Assembly (NCBI GenBank): GCA_023252315.1
Contig: JAJPEB010000001.1
Coordinates: 1 to 24,225 of the forward strand
Length of the DNA stretch: 24,225 nt
Reading direction: 5' to 3'
DNA from: Candidatus Woesearchaeota archaeon
Lineage (GTDB): Archaea > Nanobdellota > Nanobdellia > Woesearchaeales > UBA525
The notes under the pieces are model-generated. The model was not told the origin of the DNA. It did no database searches and saw only the letters and a list, made by a program, of their open reading frames with translations. The position numbers were made by a program, and so were the translations under genes. Positions 13,737-22,675 of this stretch are shown piece by piece (the stretch's first letter is position 1; each line of letters begins with the position of its first letter).

Positions 13737-15097
13737 GCGGCGCGCGCGGCAGGCCCGCGGTCTTCCTCGACCGCGACGGCGTGATCAACGAGGAGATCGC
13801 GCATCCCGGGCTCGAGGACAAGGAGGGGCGCGCCATCACCGGGCCGCTCACGCCCGACGAGTTCGAGGGCGCGCTGCTGCCCGGCGTCGCCGACGCGATC
13901 GCGAGGCTCAAGCGCGCGGGCTACCTCACGGTCGTCGTGAGCGGGCAGAACAACGTCGCGAAGGGGTTCCTCTCCCGAGACGCGCTCGCCGCGATCGACG
14001 CGAAGATGCGGGGCCTGCTCGGCGTCGACGCCGCGTATTACTGCACGCACCACGAGGACTACACGGGGCCGTGCGCGTGCAAGAAGCCGAAGAAGGGGCT
14101 GCTCGAGCAGGCCGTCGCGGAGCACGGCATCGACCTCTCGCGCTCGTTCATGGTCGGCGATCGCCGCATCGACATGCAGCTCGGCGACGGGTGCGCGAGG
14201 TGCTTCTACGTCGCGAGCAGGCCGGGCGAGGACGCGCGCGAGTCCGTGGCGATGCTCCCGCTCGCGCTGCAGGCGAGGACCGCGATCGTGAGGGACCTCG
14301 GCGAGGCGGCGCGGCTCATCGTCGCGGGAGATCGGCATCCGCAGGCGATGCGCGAGGCGCTCGTGCCGTGCGCGGGCAGGGGCTCGGGCATGGGCGCGCT
14401 CACGGACGACATCCCCAAGCCCATGATCGCGTTCGAGGGGATCCCGTTCCTGCAGTTCGTGCTGCGCAACCTCTACGACCACGGCGTGCGCCGCTTCGTG
14501 ATCCCCGTCGGCTACAAGCGGGAGATCATCGAAGGGTATTTCGGCGACGGGCGCGGGTTCGGGGACGGCGTCGAGATCGTGTACGCGCAGAGCTCGGTCG
14601 AGATCGAGTCGGGCGGGAGCTTCAAGCGCGGCGCGCAGCTCGTGCAGGACGACGCGTTCGTGATGCAGTACGGCGACGCGTTTTTGCCCTGCGACCTGCG
14701 GCCCATGTGGGAGCGCTTCCTCGGCAGCGGCAAGCTCGCGATGATCGTGTGCGCGAGGCGCGGCCCGCTCAAGGAGTTCGAGAGCAGGGACAACATCATC
14801 GTCGACGGGCACGACAACATCATCGGCTACGACAAGAGGAACGAGTCGGGCAGGGCGACGCTGCTCGACGTGGGCGTCACGTTCTTCCGCAAGGGGGCGC
14901 TGCGCCACTGCGAGCCCGACGCGTTCAAGCTGGGCGACCATATCATCCCGCTGCTCGCGAGAGAAGGCGAGATCATCGCGCATATCGCGGACAGGAAGTC
15001 CGTCGGCATCGGGAACCCCGAGAAGATCCAGCGGTTCAGGGAGTTCCTCGCGACGAACGACCTGCTCGAGCGCACGCGGGCGTTCAGGAGAGCCTGA
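13733..15097 (+). CDS. gmhB: GmhB-like HAD-IIIA heptose-bisphosphate phosphatase fused to a C-terminal HddC-like sugar-1-phosphate nucleotidyltransferase, 454 aa
   Basis: FLDRDGVIN, CTHH..CACKKP and MVGDRRID, then PCAGRGSGMGALTDDIPKPM and YGD. ATG13733 overlaps the epimerase TGA (ATGA). Confidence 0.88.
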   Translation: MSGARGRPAVFLDRDGVINEEIAHPGLEDKEGRAITGPLTPDEFEGALLPGVADAIARLKRAGYLTVVVSGQNNVAKGFLSRDALAAIDAKMRGLLGVDAAYYCTHHEDYTGPCACKKPKKGLLEQAVAEHGIDLSRSFMVGDRRIDMQLGDGCARCFYVASRPGEDARESVAMLPLALQARTAIVRDLGEAARLIVAGDRHPQAMREALVPCAGRGSGMGALTDDIPKPMIAFEGIPFLQFVLRNLYDHGVRRFVIPVGYKREIIEGYFGDGRGFGDGVEIVYAQSSVEIESGGSFKRGAQLVQDDAFVMQYGDAFLPCDLRPMWERFLGSGKLAMIVCARRGPLKEFESRDNIIVDGHDNIIGYDKRNESGRATLLDVGVTFFRKGALRHCEPDAFKLGDHIIPLLAREGEIIAHIADRKSVGIGNPEKIQRFREFLATNDLLERTRAFRRA

Positions 15098-15141
15098 GCG
15101 CGTCCAGGGCAGAGGAGAAAGGGAAAAGAGAGAAGGCGAGC

Positions 15142-15945
15142 TCAGCGCTGCAGCCCTGCGTCCATCTCGAGCGTCGCGTTGCCGAGCAGCCCCGCGCCCG
15201 CGAGCGAGATCGAGGGGCGGTCGGGGCCGTACTGGTCGCCGCACTCGAGCTGCGCTCCCGAATCGGTGACGTGCGCGCGCATGCCGCGGTCCCGCTCCTG
15301 CAGGATCGCGTCCCCAAGCGACGACCGCTCGACCGTGACGTCGCCCTCGCCCGCCTCGACGTCCGCCTTCGCCGAGCGCACGTCCGTCACGCGCACGCCG
15401 CCCCATGAGCTCTTCGCGTCGACCTCCTGCGCGGACACCCCGCTGAGCACGACGTCGCCGCCGGCATCGACCGAGACCCGCTGCGCCGAGAGGCCCTCGA
15501 CGCGCGCGTCGGAGCCGCCCTGCACGACGACCCGGCCCCTGTAGCCGCTCGGCACCGTCACCTCGAGCACGAGCCGCTCCTCCTGCGGCCCTATCCTGTG
15601 GCGGAACACGCCGACGAGCCAGTCCTTGCGCACGCCGATCTCGACGCCGTTCGCGGTGGGGCGCTGCGTGATGGCCGGGGGCTTGATCGCGGGTATCGCG
15701 ACCTGCGCGCCGTGCAGCCATGCGGACGCGCCCCCTCCCTGCGCTCCCTTGACGATGACGGGATCGTCGGCCACGATCGTGATCTCGTCCACGCCCTCGA
15801 GCGGGATCCCCTCCGTGGCGCTGACCTCGCGCTCCTGCGCGGGCTGCGCGCTCGACGATGCCCATATGATCGCGGTGCCTGCGGCGATCGCGATCGCCCC
15901 CACGATGCCGAGCACGATCATCGCGATTCCCATCTTGCTTACCAT
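15142..15945 (-). CDS. DUF4097-like beta-strand-repeat protein with N-terminal TM
   Basis: N-terminal hydrophobic anchor, LVLEVTVP motif and repeated short beta-strands (GDVVLSGV, GGVRVTDV, GDVTVERS); GGAGG SD. Confidence 0.75.
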   Translation of the reverse strand: MVSKMGIAMIVLGIVGAIAIAAGTAIIWASSSAQPAQEREVSATEGIPLEGVDEITIVADDPVIVKGAQGGGASAWLHGAQVAIPAIKPPAITQRPTANGVEIGVRKDWLVGVFRHRIGPQEERLVLEVTVPSGYRGRVVVQGGSDARVEGLSAQRVSVDAGGDVVLSGVSAQEVDAKSSWGGVRVTDVRSAKADVEAGEGDVTVERSSLGDAILQERDRGMRAHVTDSGAQLECGDQYGPDRPSISLAGAGLLGNATLEMDAGLQR

Positions 15946-15973
15946 GCGCTTGCCTCCGTCCCTCTCATAGTTG

Positions 15974-16603
15974 TCACTGCCGTCTCCCCGTCTGCGTTTC
16001 CCTGCTTGCCTTCCCGTCTCCGACGAGCGACGTCCATCCTCTCCTGGTGCCGAGGGTCAGCGAGAGATGCTTGAGCGCGATGTCGTAGAGCAGCGACGCG
16101 AGCCTCATCCCCGCGATCATGAGCATCCCGCCGATGCACGCGAACCCGAATCCCACGAGCGCGCCCCCCGATGGCGCGAACTCGAGGTACATGCCCGGCG
16201 TGAGCGCGGGCCCCGCGAGGATCTCGATCATGGCGACGGCGCCGCCGATGAGCAGCGTGATGCCGGCGCCCAGGAACACGAGCAGGATGATCGCGCTGCC
16301 GATGAAGGGGCCGATGATGAGCAGCGCGCTGCGCAGGCCCGTGCCGATCGCGGAGAGCGTCGCGCGCAGGAAGTCGGGGATCCTCCTCGACGACGCCGCG
16401 GCCCTCACGTCCCTCTCCGCCGCGATGTGGCGCGCGATCGCGCGGGGGCTGCCGAGCGAGCGCGCGATCTCCTCCTCGCTCCTGCCCTGCCTGCGCCCTT
16501 CCGTGAAGTGCTCCTCGTAGTCCGCGAGGATCTCGTCGGCCTCCTCGGCGGAGAGGTGCGCGAGCTCGCGGCGCAGCTCGCCCATGAATCGGTTCTGGTT
16601 CAT
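15974..16603 (-). CDS. DUF1700 (HAAS) membrane protein, 209 aa (start revised to ATG16603)
   Basis: MNQNRFMGELRRELAHLSAEEADEILADYEEHF..GRSEEEIARSLGSP followed by TM helices; ATGA overlap with PadR, GGAGG SD. Confidence 0.88.
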   Translation of the reverse strand: MNQNRFMGELRRELAHLSAEEADEILADYEEHFTEGRRQGRSEEEIARSLGSPRAIARHIAAERDVRAAASSRRIPDFLRATLSAIGTGLRSALLIIGPFIGSAIILLVFLGAGITLLIGGAVAMIEILAGPALTPGMYLEFAPSGGALVGFGFACIGGMLMIAGMRLASLLYDIALKHLSLTLGTRRGWTSLVGDGKASRETQTGRRQ

Positions 16604-16917
16604 CTTCTCGCCTCCTTGAGCAGCGCGTCGACGCTCCTCGAGAACACATCCCACGCGCCGAGCAGCGACGCGAGCCGCTCCTTGCCGCGCGGGGTGAGCG
16701 TGTAGTACTTCCGCGTGGGGCCCTCGCTCGATTCCTTGAGGAAGGTCTCCACGTACCCCTCGTCCTTGAGCCTGCGCAGGAGAGGGTAGACCGTGCCCTC
16801 CGTGATGTCGAGCGACTTGCGGATCTCCTGCACGAGCTCGTAGCCGTAGCGCGGCCTGCGCCGCAGCAGCGCGAGCACGCACGGCTCGAGGACGCCTTTC
16901 CTGAACTGCGTATCCAT
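16600..16917 (-). CDS. PadR family transcriptional regulator
   Basis: QFRKGVLE..LALL....YGYEL, EGTVYPLLRRL, GPTRKYY.LT..G motifs. Confidence 0.95.
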   Translation of the reverse strand: MDTQFRKGVLEPCVLALLRRRPRYGYELVQEIRKSLDITEGTVYPLLRRLKDEGYVETFLKESSEGPTRKYYTLTPRGKERLASLLGAWDVFSRSVDALLKEARR

Positions 16918-16926
16918 GTGATGCCA

Positions 16927-16956
16927 ACTACTTTGCTATGCATGGTAGTATTTATG
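16927..16956 (-). promoter_or_regulatory. TATA box (CATAAATA, 16949-16956) with an adjacent inverted repeat ACTAC-N13-GTAGT, a possible PadR operator
   Basis: The inverted repeat (16927-16931/16945-16949) contains an ATGCAT palindrome and lies between the TATA box and padR ATG16917. The operator role is inferred. Confidence 0.4.
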
Positions 16957-17011
16957 CGTTTCTCCACTCCCAGACAGCCAGGATTATATACCGATATCGC
17001 CACGTGAGCGC

Positions 17012-17617
17012 ATGATCGTCGACATGACGCTGCCCATCGACGGCAGGACCCCTAATTTCCCAGGCGACCCTCCCGTCGCCATCACGCAATGCTCTACCGT
17101 CGAGAAGGACGGCATCGGGAAGAAGATGCTCTCCTTCCATTCCCATTTCTCGACGCACATCGACGCCCCCTCCCACATGGTCGCCCGCGGGAAGACCCTG
17201 AGCGACTATCCAGTGGAGAGGTTCGTAGGGGATGCTGTCGTGCTCGACGTCAGAGGGCAGCAAGAGATCGTCACAGGGCTACAAGGCGTTGAAGAAGGCG
17301 ACATAGTCTTCTTCTTGACAGGGCATAGCGACAGGGTGTACGAGCCGGAATATTTCCGCGACAACCCCGTGCTCAGCCCGGAGACTGCCGAGGCCCTGGT
17401 CCGCAGGAAGGTGAAGATCGTCGGCCTCGACACTCCCACCCCTGACAACGCGCCGTACACGCTGCACAAGCTCTTCTTCGAGCACGACATCCTGATCGTC
17501 GAGAACCTCGTCAACCTCGAGGCGCTCGCGGGAAAGCGGTTCCGATGCTACGCGCTGCCGCTGAAGATCACCGACGGCGACGGGGCGCCTTGCAGGGTGA
17601 TCGGCATCGTGGACTGA
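17012..17617 (+). CDS. Cyclase family metal-dependent hydrolase (KynB/kynurenine formamidase-like)
   Basis: HSHFSTHIDAPSH motif, VGLDT, IVENL, LPLKITDGDGAPCR; TTATATA at 16984-16990. Confidence 0.92.
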   Translation: MIVDMTLPIDGRTPNFPGDPPVAITQCSTVEKDGIGKKMLSFHSHFSTHIDAPSHMVARGKTLSDYPVERFVGDAVVLDVRGQQEIVTGLQGVEEGDIVFFLTGHSDRVYEPEYFRDNPVLSPETAEALVRRKVKIVGLDTPTPDNAPYTLHKLFFEHDILIVENLVNLEALAGKRFRCYALPLKITDGDGAPCRVIGIVD

Positions 17618-17632
17618 ACGAAGGAGGACCGC

Positions 17633-18388
17633 ATGAAGCTGCACATAGTGACGCACGAGAGCTTCGAGGCGCCAGGAGCCGTTGAGGAGTGGGCGAGAAG
17701 GAAAGGGCACGGCATCAGCCACACCCGGACATATCAAGGGGATGCGCTCCCCCAGAGCATCAGCGGCATCGACCTCCTCGTCGTGATGGGAGGACCGCAA
17801 TCTCCGTCGACGACAACCCGGGAATGCCCCCACTTTGACGTGCGCAAGGAGACCGCGTTCATCAGAAAAGCGATAGATGCGGGAAAGATGGCATTGGGAG
17901 TCTGCCTCGGGGCACAGCTCATCGGGGAGGCCTTGGGCGCAAGATTCGCACATAGCCCGCACCGGGAGATCGGCGTGTTCGAGCTCACGTTGACCCCCGA
18001 CGCCGAGGGCGATCCCATCTTCTCGGCATTCCCGAAGCGGTTCCTCGTGGGGCATTGGCATGGCGATATGCCCGGGCTCACTCCCGAGTCCAAGGTGCTC
18101 GCGACGAGCGAAGGGTGCCCGAGGCAGATCGTGCGGTATTCCCCGAAGGTATACGGGTTCCAGTGCCATTTCGAGTTCACCAGGGAGACGATCGAGGGAA
18201 TGATCGATTCCTGTGGCGATGAGCTGACCCGAGGAGAGGACACGAGATACGTGCAGACTGCGGCGACGCTGAGAGCGCATGACTACGATGCGATAAACCA
18301 GCGCCTGTTCGCGTTCCTCGATCACCTCGAAGATACGCACCGTCGAGAGCGAGAGGCGGCATCCGCGGAACTCCGGCCTTCCCGGTAG
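17633..18388 (+). CDS. Class I glutamine amidotransferase (stand-alone)
   Basis: VVMGGPQS, LGVCLGAQL (Cys nucleophile), HWHGD, FQCHFE (His-Glu); AAGGAGG SD at 17621-17627. Confidence 0.92.
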   Translation: MKLHIVTHESFEAPGAVEEWARRKGHGISHTRTYQGDALPQSISGIDLLVVMGGPQSPSTTTRECPHFDVRKETAFIRKAIDAGKMALGVCLGAQLIGEALGARFAHSPHREIGVFELTLTPDAEGDPIFSAFPKRFLVGHWHGDMPGLTPESKVLATSEGCPRQIVRYSPKVYGFQCHFEFTRETIEGMIDSCGDELTRGEDTRYVQTAATLRAHDYDAINQRLFAFLDHLEDTHRREREAASAELRPSR

Positions 18389-18426
18389 CTTCCCCAGGTC
18401 GACGAGAGAGGAAGCGAGCGATCCCC

Positions 18427-19104
18427 TCAGTGCGTCATCCGCCACCAGACGAGCCGCGCCATGATCCGCACTCCGTCGCCCATCGTCATGCCCTTGTAGC
18501 GGTCGTGGTAGATCGTCTCGATGGGGATCTCCGCATGCGTGAGCATCGCCTTGCCCGCGCGCGCGATCATCTCGCTCTCGACGTCGTAGCCGCGGTTGCG
18601 CCAGCGCACCTTCGCGTACGCTGCCTTCGTGAGCGCGCGGTAGCCGCACAGCGGGTCGTGCAGGCGCATCCCGTAGAAGATCTCGATCACCTTGCGGAAG
18701 AGCCACCTGCCCGCCCTGCGCTCGATCGGCATGCGCCCCACGACCTTGCGCGCGCCGAACACGATGTCGTAGCCCTGCACGAGCCGTTCGAGGAAGAGCG
18801 GCAGCTCGTCCGGGCTGTGCTGCCCGTCGCCGTCGAGGAACACGATCGCCCTCGCGCCGCGCGAGAACGCGAAGTCCGCGCCCGTCTTCATCGCCGCGCC
18901 CTTGCCGAGGTTCACCGCGTGGCGCAGGACGCAGGCTCCTGCCCTGCGCGCGGCGTCGGACGTGCGGTCCCTGCTGCCGTCGTCGACGACGATGGGGGAG
19001 AAGCCCTGCGCGCGCACGAGGCGCACGACGGACGCGATGCGCCGCTCCTCGTTGCACGCCGGGATGACCACCGGGCACCTGCTCTTGGGGATCGCGCGCT
19101 CCAT
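18427..19104 (-). CDS. Glycosyltransferase family 2 (DPM1/ArnC-like)
   Basis: VVIPACNEE, VVDDGSRDRT, NLGKGAA, FLDGDGQH, HDPLCGYRA. Confidence 0.92.
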   Translation of the reverse strand: MERAIPKSRCPVVIPACNEERRIASVVRLVRAQGFSPIVVDDGSRDRTSDAARRAGACVLRHAVNLGKGAAMKTGADFAFSRGARAIVFLDGDGQHSPDELPLFLERLVQGYDIVFGARKVVGRMPIERRAGRWLFRKVIEIFYGMRLHDPLCGYRALTKAAYAKVRWRNRGYDVESEMIARAGKAMLTHAEIPIETIYHDRYKGMTMGDGVRIMARLVWWRMTH

Positions 19105-19105
19105 G

Positions 19106-19447
19106 CTACACCGAGATGACGACGATGCCCGCGACGATGAGGAGGATGCCGCACCATCGCCCGATGCGGATCTGCTCGTTGAGATGCCTGCGCGCGAGCA
19201 ATGCGGACCACACGTACGTCATGCTCGTGAGGGGGTACGCCACGGCGAGCGGGAGCACCTTGAGCGCGTAGAGGTAGAGCGGCACGCTCGCGGCGTAGAG
19301 GAGCGCGCCCGCGACGAGCTGCCTGTTCCTGAGCAGCTTCGCCGGCCTGAAGCTGAAATGGTGCGCGCCGCGCTTGAGGAAGAGCGCGCCGAGCGCGCCG
19401 ATCGCCGTCGCCATCGCCGTCACGAGCAGCGCGACGAGCGGGATCAC
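19106..19447 (-). CDS. Small 4-TM DMT/EamA (SMR/ArnE-ArnF-like) protein, 113 aa
   Basis: GTG19447 overlaps the upstream TGA; LPLAVAYPLTSMTYVW..LNEQI..GILLIVAG motif. Confidence 0.85.
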   Translation of the reverse strand: MIPLVALLVTAMATAIGALGALFLKRGAHHFSFRPAKLLRNRQLVAGALLYAASVPLYLYALKVLPLAVAYPLTSMTYVWSALLARRHLNEQIRIGRWCGILLIVAGIVVISV

Positions 19448-19836
19448 GCGGCGCCCCCGCTGCGCCCGACGAGCGCGACGCCCGCCATAATGAGCGCGAT
19501 GCCGCACAGCTCCTTCCACGCGAGGCGCTCGCCGATCGCGAAGCTCGCGAGCACGACCCACACGAACCCGAGCGCGAGCAGCGGGTGCACGACGGAGAGC
19601 TCGCCGTGGCGCAGCGCGAGCACGAGGAGCACGCCGCTCGCGCACATGAGCGCGAGGCCTGCGAGGAAGAAGGGGTCGAGGACGAGCGCCGCGATGCCCG
19701 TCTCGCGCGAGAGCGCGACCTTGAGCACCGCCTGCGCGAGCGTCATGCCTATCGTGCAGAAGACGACGAGGGCGATCGCCCTGCGCGTGGCGCCCGCGGG
19801 CTCACTTGGCCTGGGCCGCGGTGCCTTGCTTCCCAT
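19444..19836 (-). CDS. Small 4-TM DMT/EamA (SMR/ArnE-ArnF-like) protein; start uncertain
   Basis: LAQAVLK, GELSVVHPLLALGFVWV, GERL...GIALIMAG. The nearest in-frame ATG (19836) lies within the aglB 3' end. Confidence 0.8.
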   Translation of the reverse strand: MGSKAPRPRPSEPAGATRRAIALVVFCTIGMTLAQAVLKVALSRETGIAALVLDPFFLAGLALMCASGVLLVLALRHGELSVVHPLLALGFVWVVLASFAIGERLAWKELCGIALIMAGVALVGRSGGAA

Positions 19837-22675
19837 CCCAGTCAACCTTCCAGGTGATGATGCGCGAGCTCGAGAGCGTCGCGCGGTCGTCGAACAGCGT
19901 GAACCTGCGCTGGTACCTCCCGTCGAGATAGAAGAGCCGGGTGAACATGGAGTCCGCGAGCTGCGGGTCCGCGAGGAGCACGCGGCCCTCGACCGTGTCG
20001 ATCACGACCGCGACGTTCGCCGACTGCGTGTCGTTGAAGCCCATGGTCGTGATACCGTCCTTGCCCGCGATGACGAGCATGACCGGCCTGGCCTCGGTCT
20101 CCTGGATGCGCTGCCCGTCGCGGTAGAGCGCGAACACGAGCGAGCTGTTCTTGGGGCTCGTCGCGTTGTAGGTGAACGAGTCGATCGCCGTGATCGTGGT
20201 GCCCTGCTGGCTGATGCCGAGGCGGATGGGGCACGCGATCGACGAGGGGGACGAGTTCGAGGAGTTCAGGGGAGCGGAGCATGCGCGCCAGTCCTGGAGC
20301 ACGTAGCTCGGCCACGGCGAGACGTAGGCGTTCACGTCGGCTTCCGTCGGCAGCCCGACCGCCTCGAAGTACTTCTCGCGCGCCTGCGCAGGCGTGTAGT
20401 TGAGGCGCTGCGACATCGCCGCGACCGCCTGGTCCTGCGGAAGCGTGCGCGAGGTCTGCGCGACGTACGCCTTCTCGAAGTCCCAGAGGCCGAAGTGCGC
20501 CCAGACGCCCGCCTTGCCGACCATGTCGCCCGACGTGATGAAGTAGTCCTCGGGGGGGTCGCAGTGCGTGGCGTTGAGGACCGCGTCCTGCTCGGCGGCC
20601 GAGAAGCCGCTGCGGGCGAGGTACGCGCGCGCCCCCTGCTTGTCGAGCCTCACGAGGTCCGAGACGATGCGCTCCGCGTCGAGCGGGTCGCCGGTCTTTT
20701 TGAGCACGAGGCCGTACGCGCCCTGCGCGCCCTCGGGCGAGGGGTACGCGTCGGAGCCGCAGTCGAGCATGCGCAGGATGCCGACGCTCTCGTTCTCGTC
20801 GCTCGTCACGAGGGCCTTGCCGAGCCAGTAGGGGACGTGCGTGCCCTGCGTCGTGCCGTCGGCGGTCACGCGGCGCTGCGCGACGTACTTGAACCAGTGG
20901 CCGAAGTCCCACCACGAGTTGATGATCGCGTCGGGCTGCGACTGGTCGTGGATCTTCGTGAGCGCGCCCCACCAGCCGTCGTCGATCGTCGGCACGAACG
21001 TGCGCGCGGTGTCGACGCCGGCCTTGACGGGCGCGATGAGCACCACCATGAGGACGAGGAAGACGAGCACGTGCACGACGGCGGGATGCCACGACCACTC
21101 CTTCTGCGCGTACTCGCTCGCCCACTCGTGGACGCGACCCATGAGGACCGCGAGCGCGATGCCGAACGCGGTGATGAGCAGCAGGATGAAGCGCACGCCC
21201 GAGTAGGCGGCGTAGATGGACGCGACCATCCAGATGAGCACGAGCAGCGCGGGGCCGGCGTCGATGCGCTCGCCGCGCCAGAGGTCGAAGAGGAGGATCA
21301 GGCCGACGGGAAGGCCGATGAGCACCACCGCCATGAGCCTGTCCATCGCCTGCGCCTCGACGATGTAGAGCGAGATCGCGGCGCCCCCGAAGAGCATCGC
21401 GTAGTGCTCCCATCTCCACGAGCGCAGCGAGCGCGGGAGCACGAGGAGCAGCAGCCCCACGAGGCCCGCGAAGAAGAGCGCCTTGCCGCCCATCTGCGAG
21501 ACCGCGTCCGCGAGGCTCGCCTTGTTGAGCTCCGCCACGGTCGTGAGCACGTTGGGCCAGTAGTTGCTCGAGAGGGCGCTGTCGAGGCCCGCGCTCGAGC
21601 TGAGCGCCGCGAGCGGCTGCGTGAGGTAGCCGAGCACGGTGCGCTCGCCGAAGATGAGGAGGAAGACGAGCGCCGAGACGTAGAACGCGGCGAGGATCGC
21701 GGCGCCCTCGCGCACGAGGCCATCCTGCCAGATGCGGTACGTGCGCTCCCTCGCGGCGACCTGCAGCGCGCGCAGCACGAGGAAGCCCGCGAGCGCGAGG
21801 AGCACGACGAGGTAGATGAACCACCAGCCCTCCCAGAACGTCGCATGGACCGCGCACAGCAGCCCCGCGACCGCCGCGAGGATTGCCTTGCTGCGCAGGC
21901 GCTTCGCCTCGAACGCCTCGATCGCGGCCCAGAGGATAAAGAGCGGGATCACGATGTTCCAGACGTCGTTGTCCGAGCCCATGCTCCTCGAGAGGAAGAG
22001 GGGGTGGAGCGAGATGATGACCGCGGCCACGAAGCCGCCCGTGTTGCCGGCGAGCCTGCGCCCGATGAAGAACGCGGGGATGACGCCGAGCGCGCCCGCG
22101 AGCACGGGGACGAGGAAGCTCGCGGCGGGCAGCGGGTACTGCGGGTCGAAGAGCGTGATGAACTTGTAGAGGTACGCGATCATGAAGACGTGCATGGACG
22201 GGTCGGGGTCCATCGGCTGGCCCACGGGCGCGAGCACGAACGTGTCCCTGCACTTGCCATCGGGGGTGACCGCGTCGCACGCGGTGCCCTTCGTGAGCCA
22301 GTTGCGCGCGTAGCGCAGCCAGAAGTAGCTGTCGAGGTCGCCGAGGTAGGTGTGCTCCTTGCCGTCGGTGCCGTTGTAGCGCAGGCTCTCCTTGAGCTGG
22401 CCCGAGAGCTCGGCGACCGACGCGTCGAGCTGCGCCTTGTTGTCGGAGAGGAACTGGTCGGTGCGCTGGTCGATGAGCGTGTCCTTGTTCGACTGCGGCA
22501 GCGCGGGGAACTGCTGGTCGATCTGCTCGGCGAACTGCGAGCGCACGCTCGCGCGGATGTTGCTCTGCGCCCAGTCGTCGGTCACCGGCAGCGCCGCGGG
22601 CAGCATGCGGATCCAGACGACGAGCAGGAGCGCGATCGCGACGAGCGCGATCATCGCCGCGCGCTCGAGATTCAT
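19802..22675 (-). CDS. aglB: AglB/STT3 oligosaccharyltransferase (957 aa from ATG22675; natural start probably ATG22783, interrupted by TAG at 22724-22726)
   Basis: Multi-TM N-terminal half with DSYFWLR and GSDND, and INSWWDFGHW (WWDYG variant) in the soluble C-terminal domain. Confidence 0.95.
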   Translation of the reverse strand: MNLERAAMIALVAIALLLVVWIRMLPAALPVTDDWAQSNIRASVRSQFAEQIDQQFPALPQSNKDTLIDQRTDQFLSDNKAQLDASVAELSGQLKESLRYNGTDGKEHTYLGDLDSYFWLRYARNWLTKGTACDAVTPDGKCRDTFVLAPVGQPMDPDPSMHVFMIAYLYKFITLFDPQYPLPAASFLVPVLAGALGVIPAFFIGRRLAGNTGGFVAAVIISLHPLFLSRSMGSDNDVWNIVIPLFILWAAIEAFEAKRLRSKAILAAVAGLLCAVHATFWEGWWFIYLVVLLALAGFLVLRALQVAARERTYRIWQDGLVREGAAILAAFYVSALVFLLIFGERTVLGYLTQPLAALSSSAGLDSALSSNYWPNVLTTVAELNKASLADAVSQMGGKALFFAGLVGLLLLVLPRSLRSWRWEHYAMLFGGAAISLYIVEAQAMDRLMAVVLIGLPVGLILLFDLWRGERIDAGPALLVLIWMVASIYAAYSGVRFILLLITAFGIALAVLMGRVHEWASEYAQKEWSWHPAVVHVLVFLVLMVVLIAPVKAGVDTARTFVPTIDDGWWGALTKIHDQSQPDAIINSWWDFGHWFKYVAQRRVTADGTTQGTHVPYWLGKALVTSDENESVGILRMLDCGSDAYPSPEGAQGAYGLVLKKTGDPLDAERIVSDLVRLDKQGARAYLARSGFSAAEQDAVLNATHCDPPEDYFITSGDMVGKAGVWAHFGLWDFEKAYVAQTSRTLPQDQAVAAMSQRLNYTPAQAREKYFEAVGLPTEADVNAYVSPWPSYVLQDWRACSAPLNSSNSSPSSIACPIRLGISQQGTTITAIDSFTYNATSPKNSSLVFALYRDGQRIQETEARPVMLVIAGKDGITTMGFNDTQSANVAVVIDTVEGRVLLADPQLADSMFTRLFYLDGRYQRRFTLFDDRATLSSSRIITWKVDWDGKQGTAAQAK

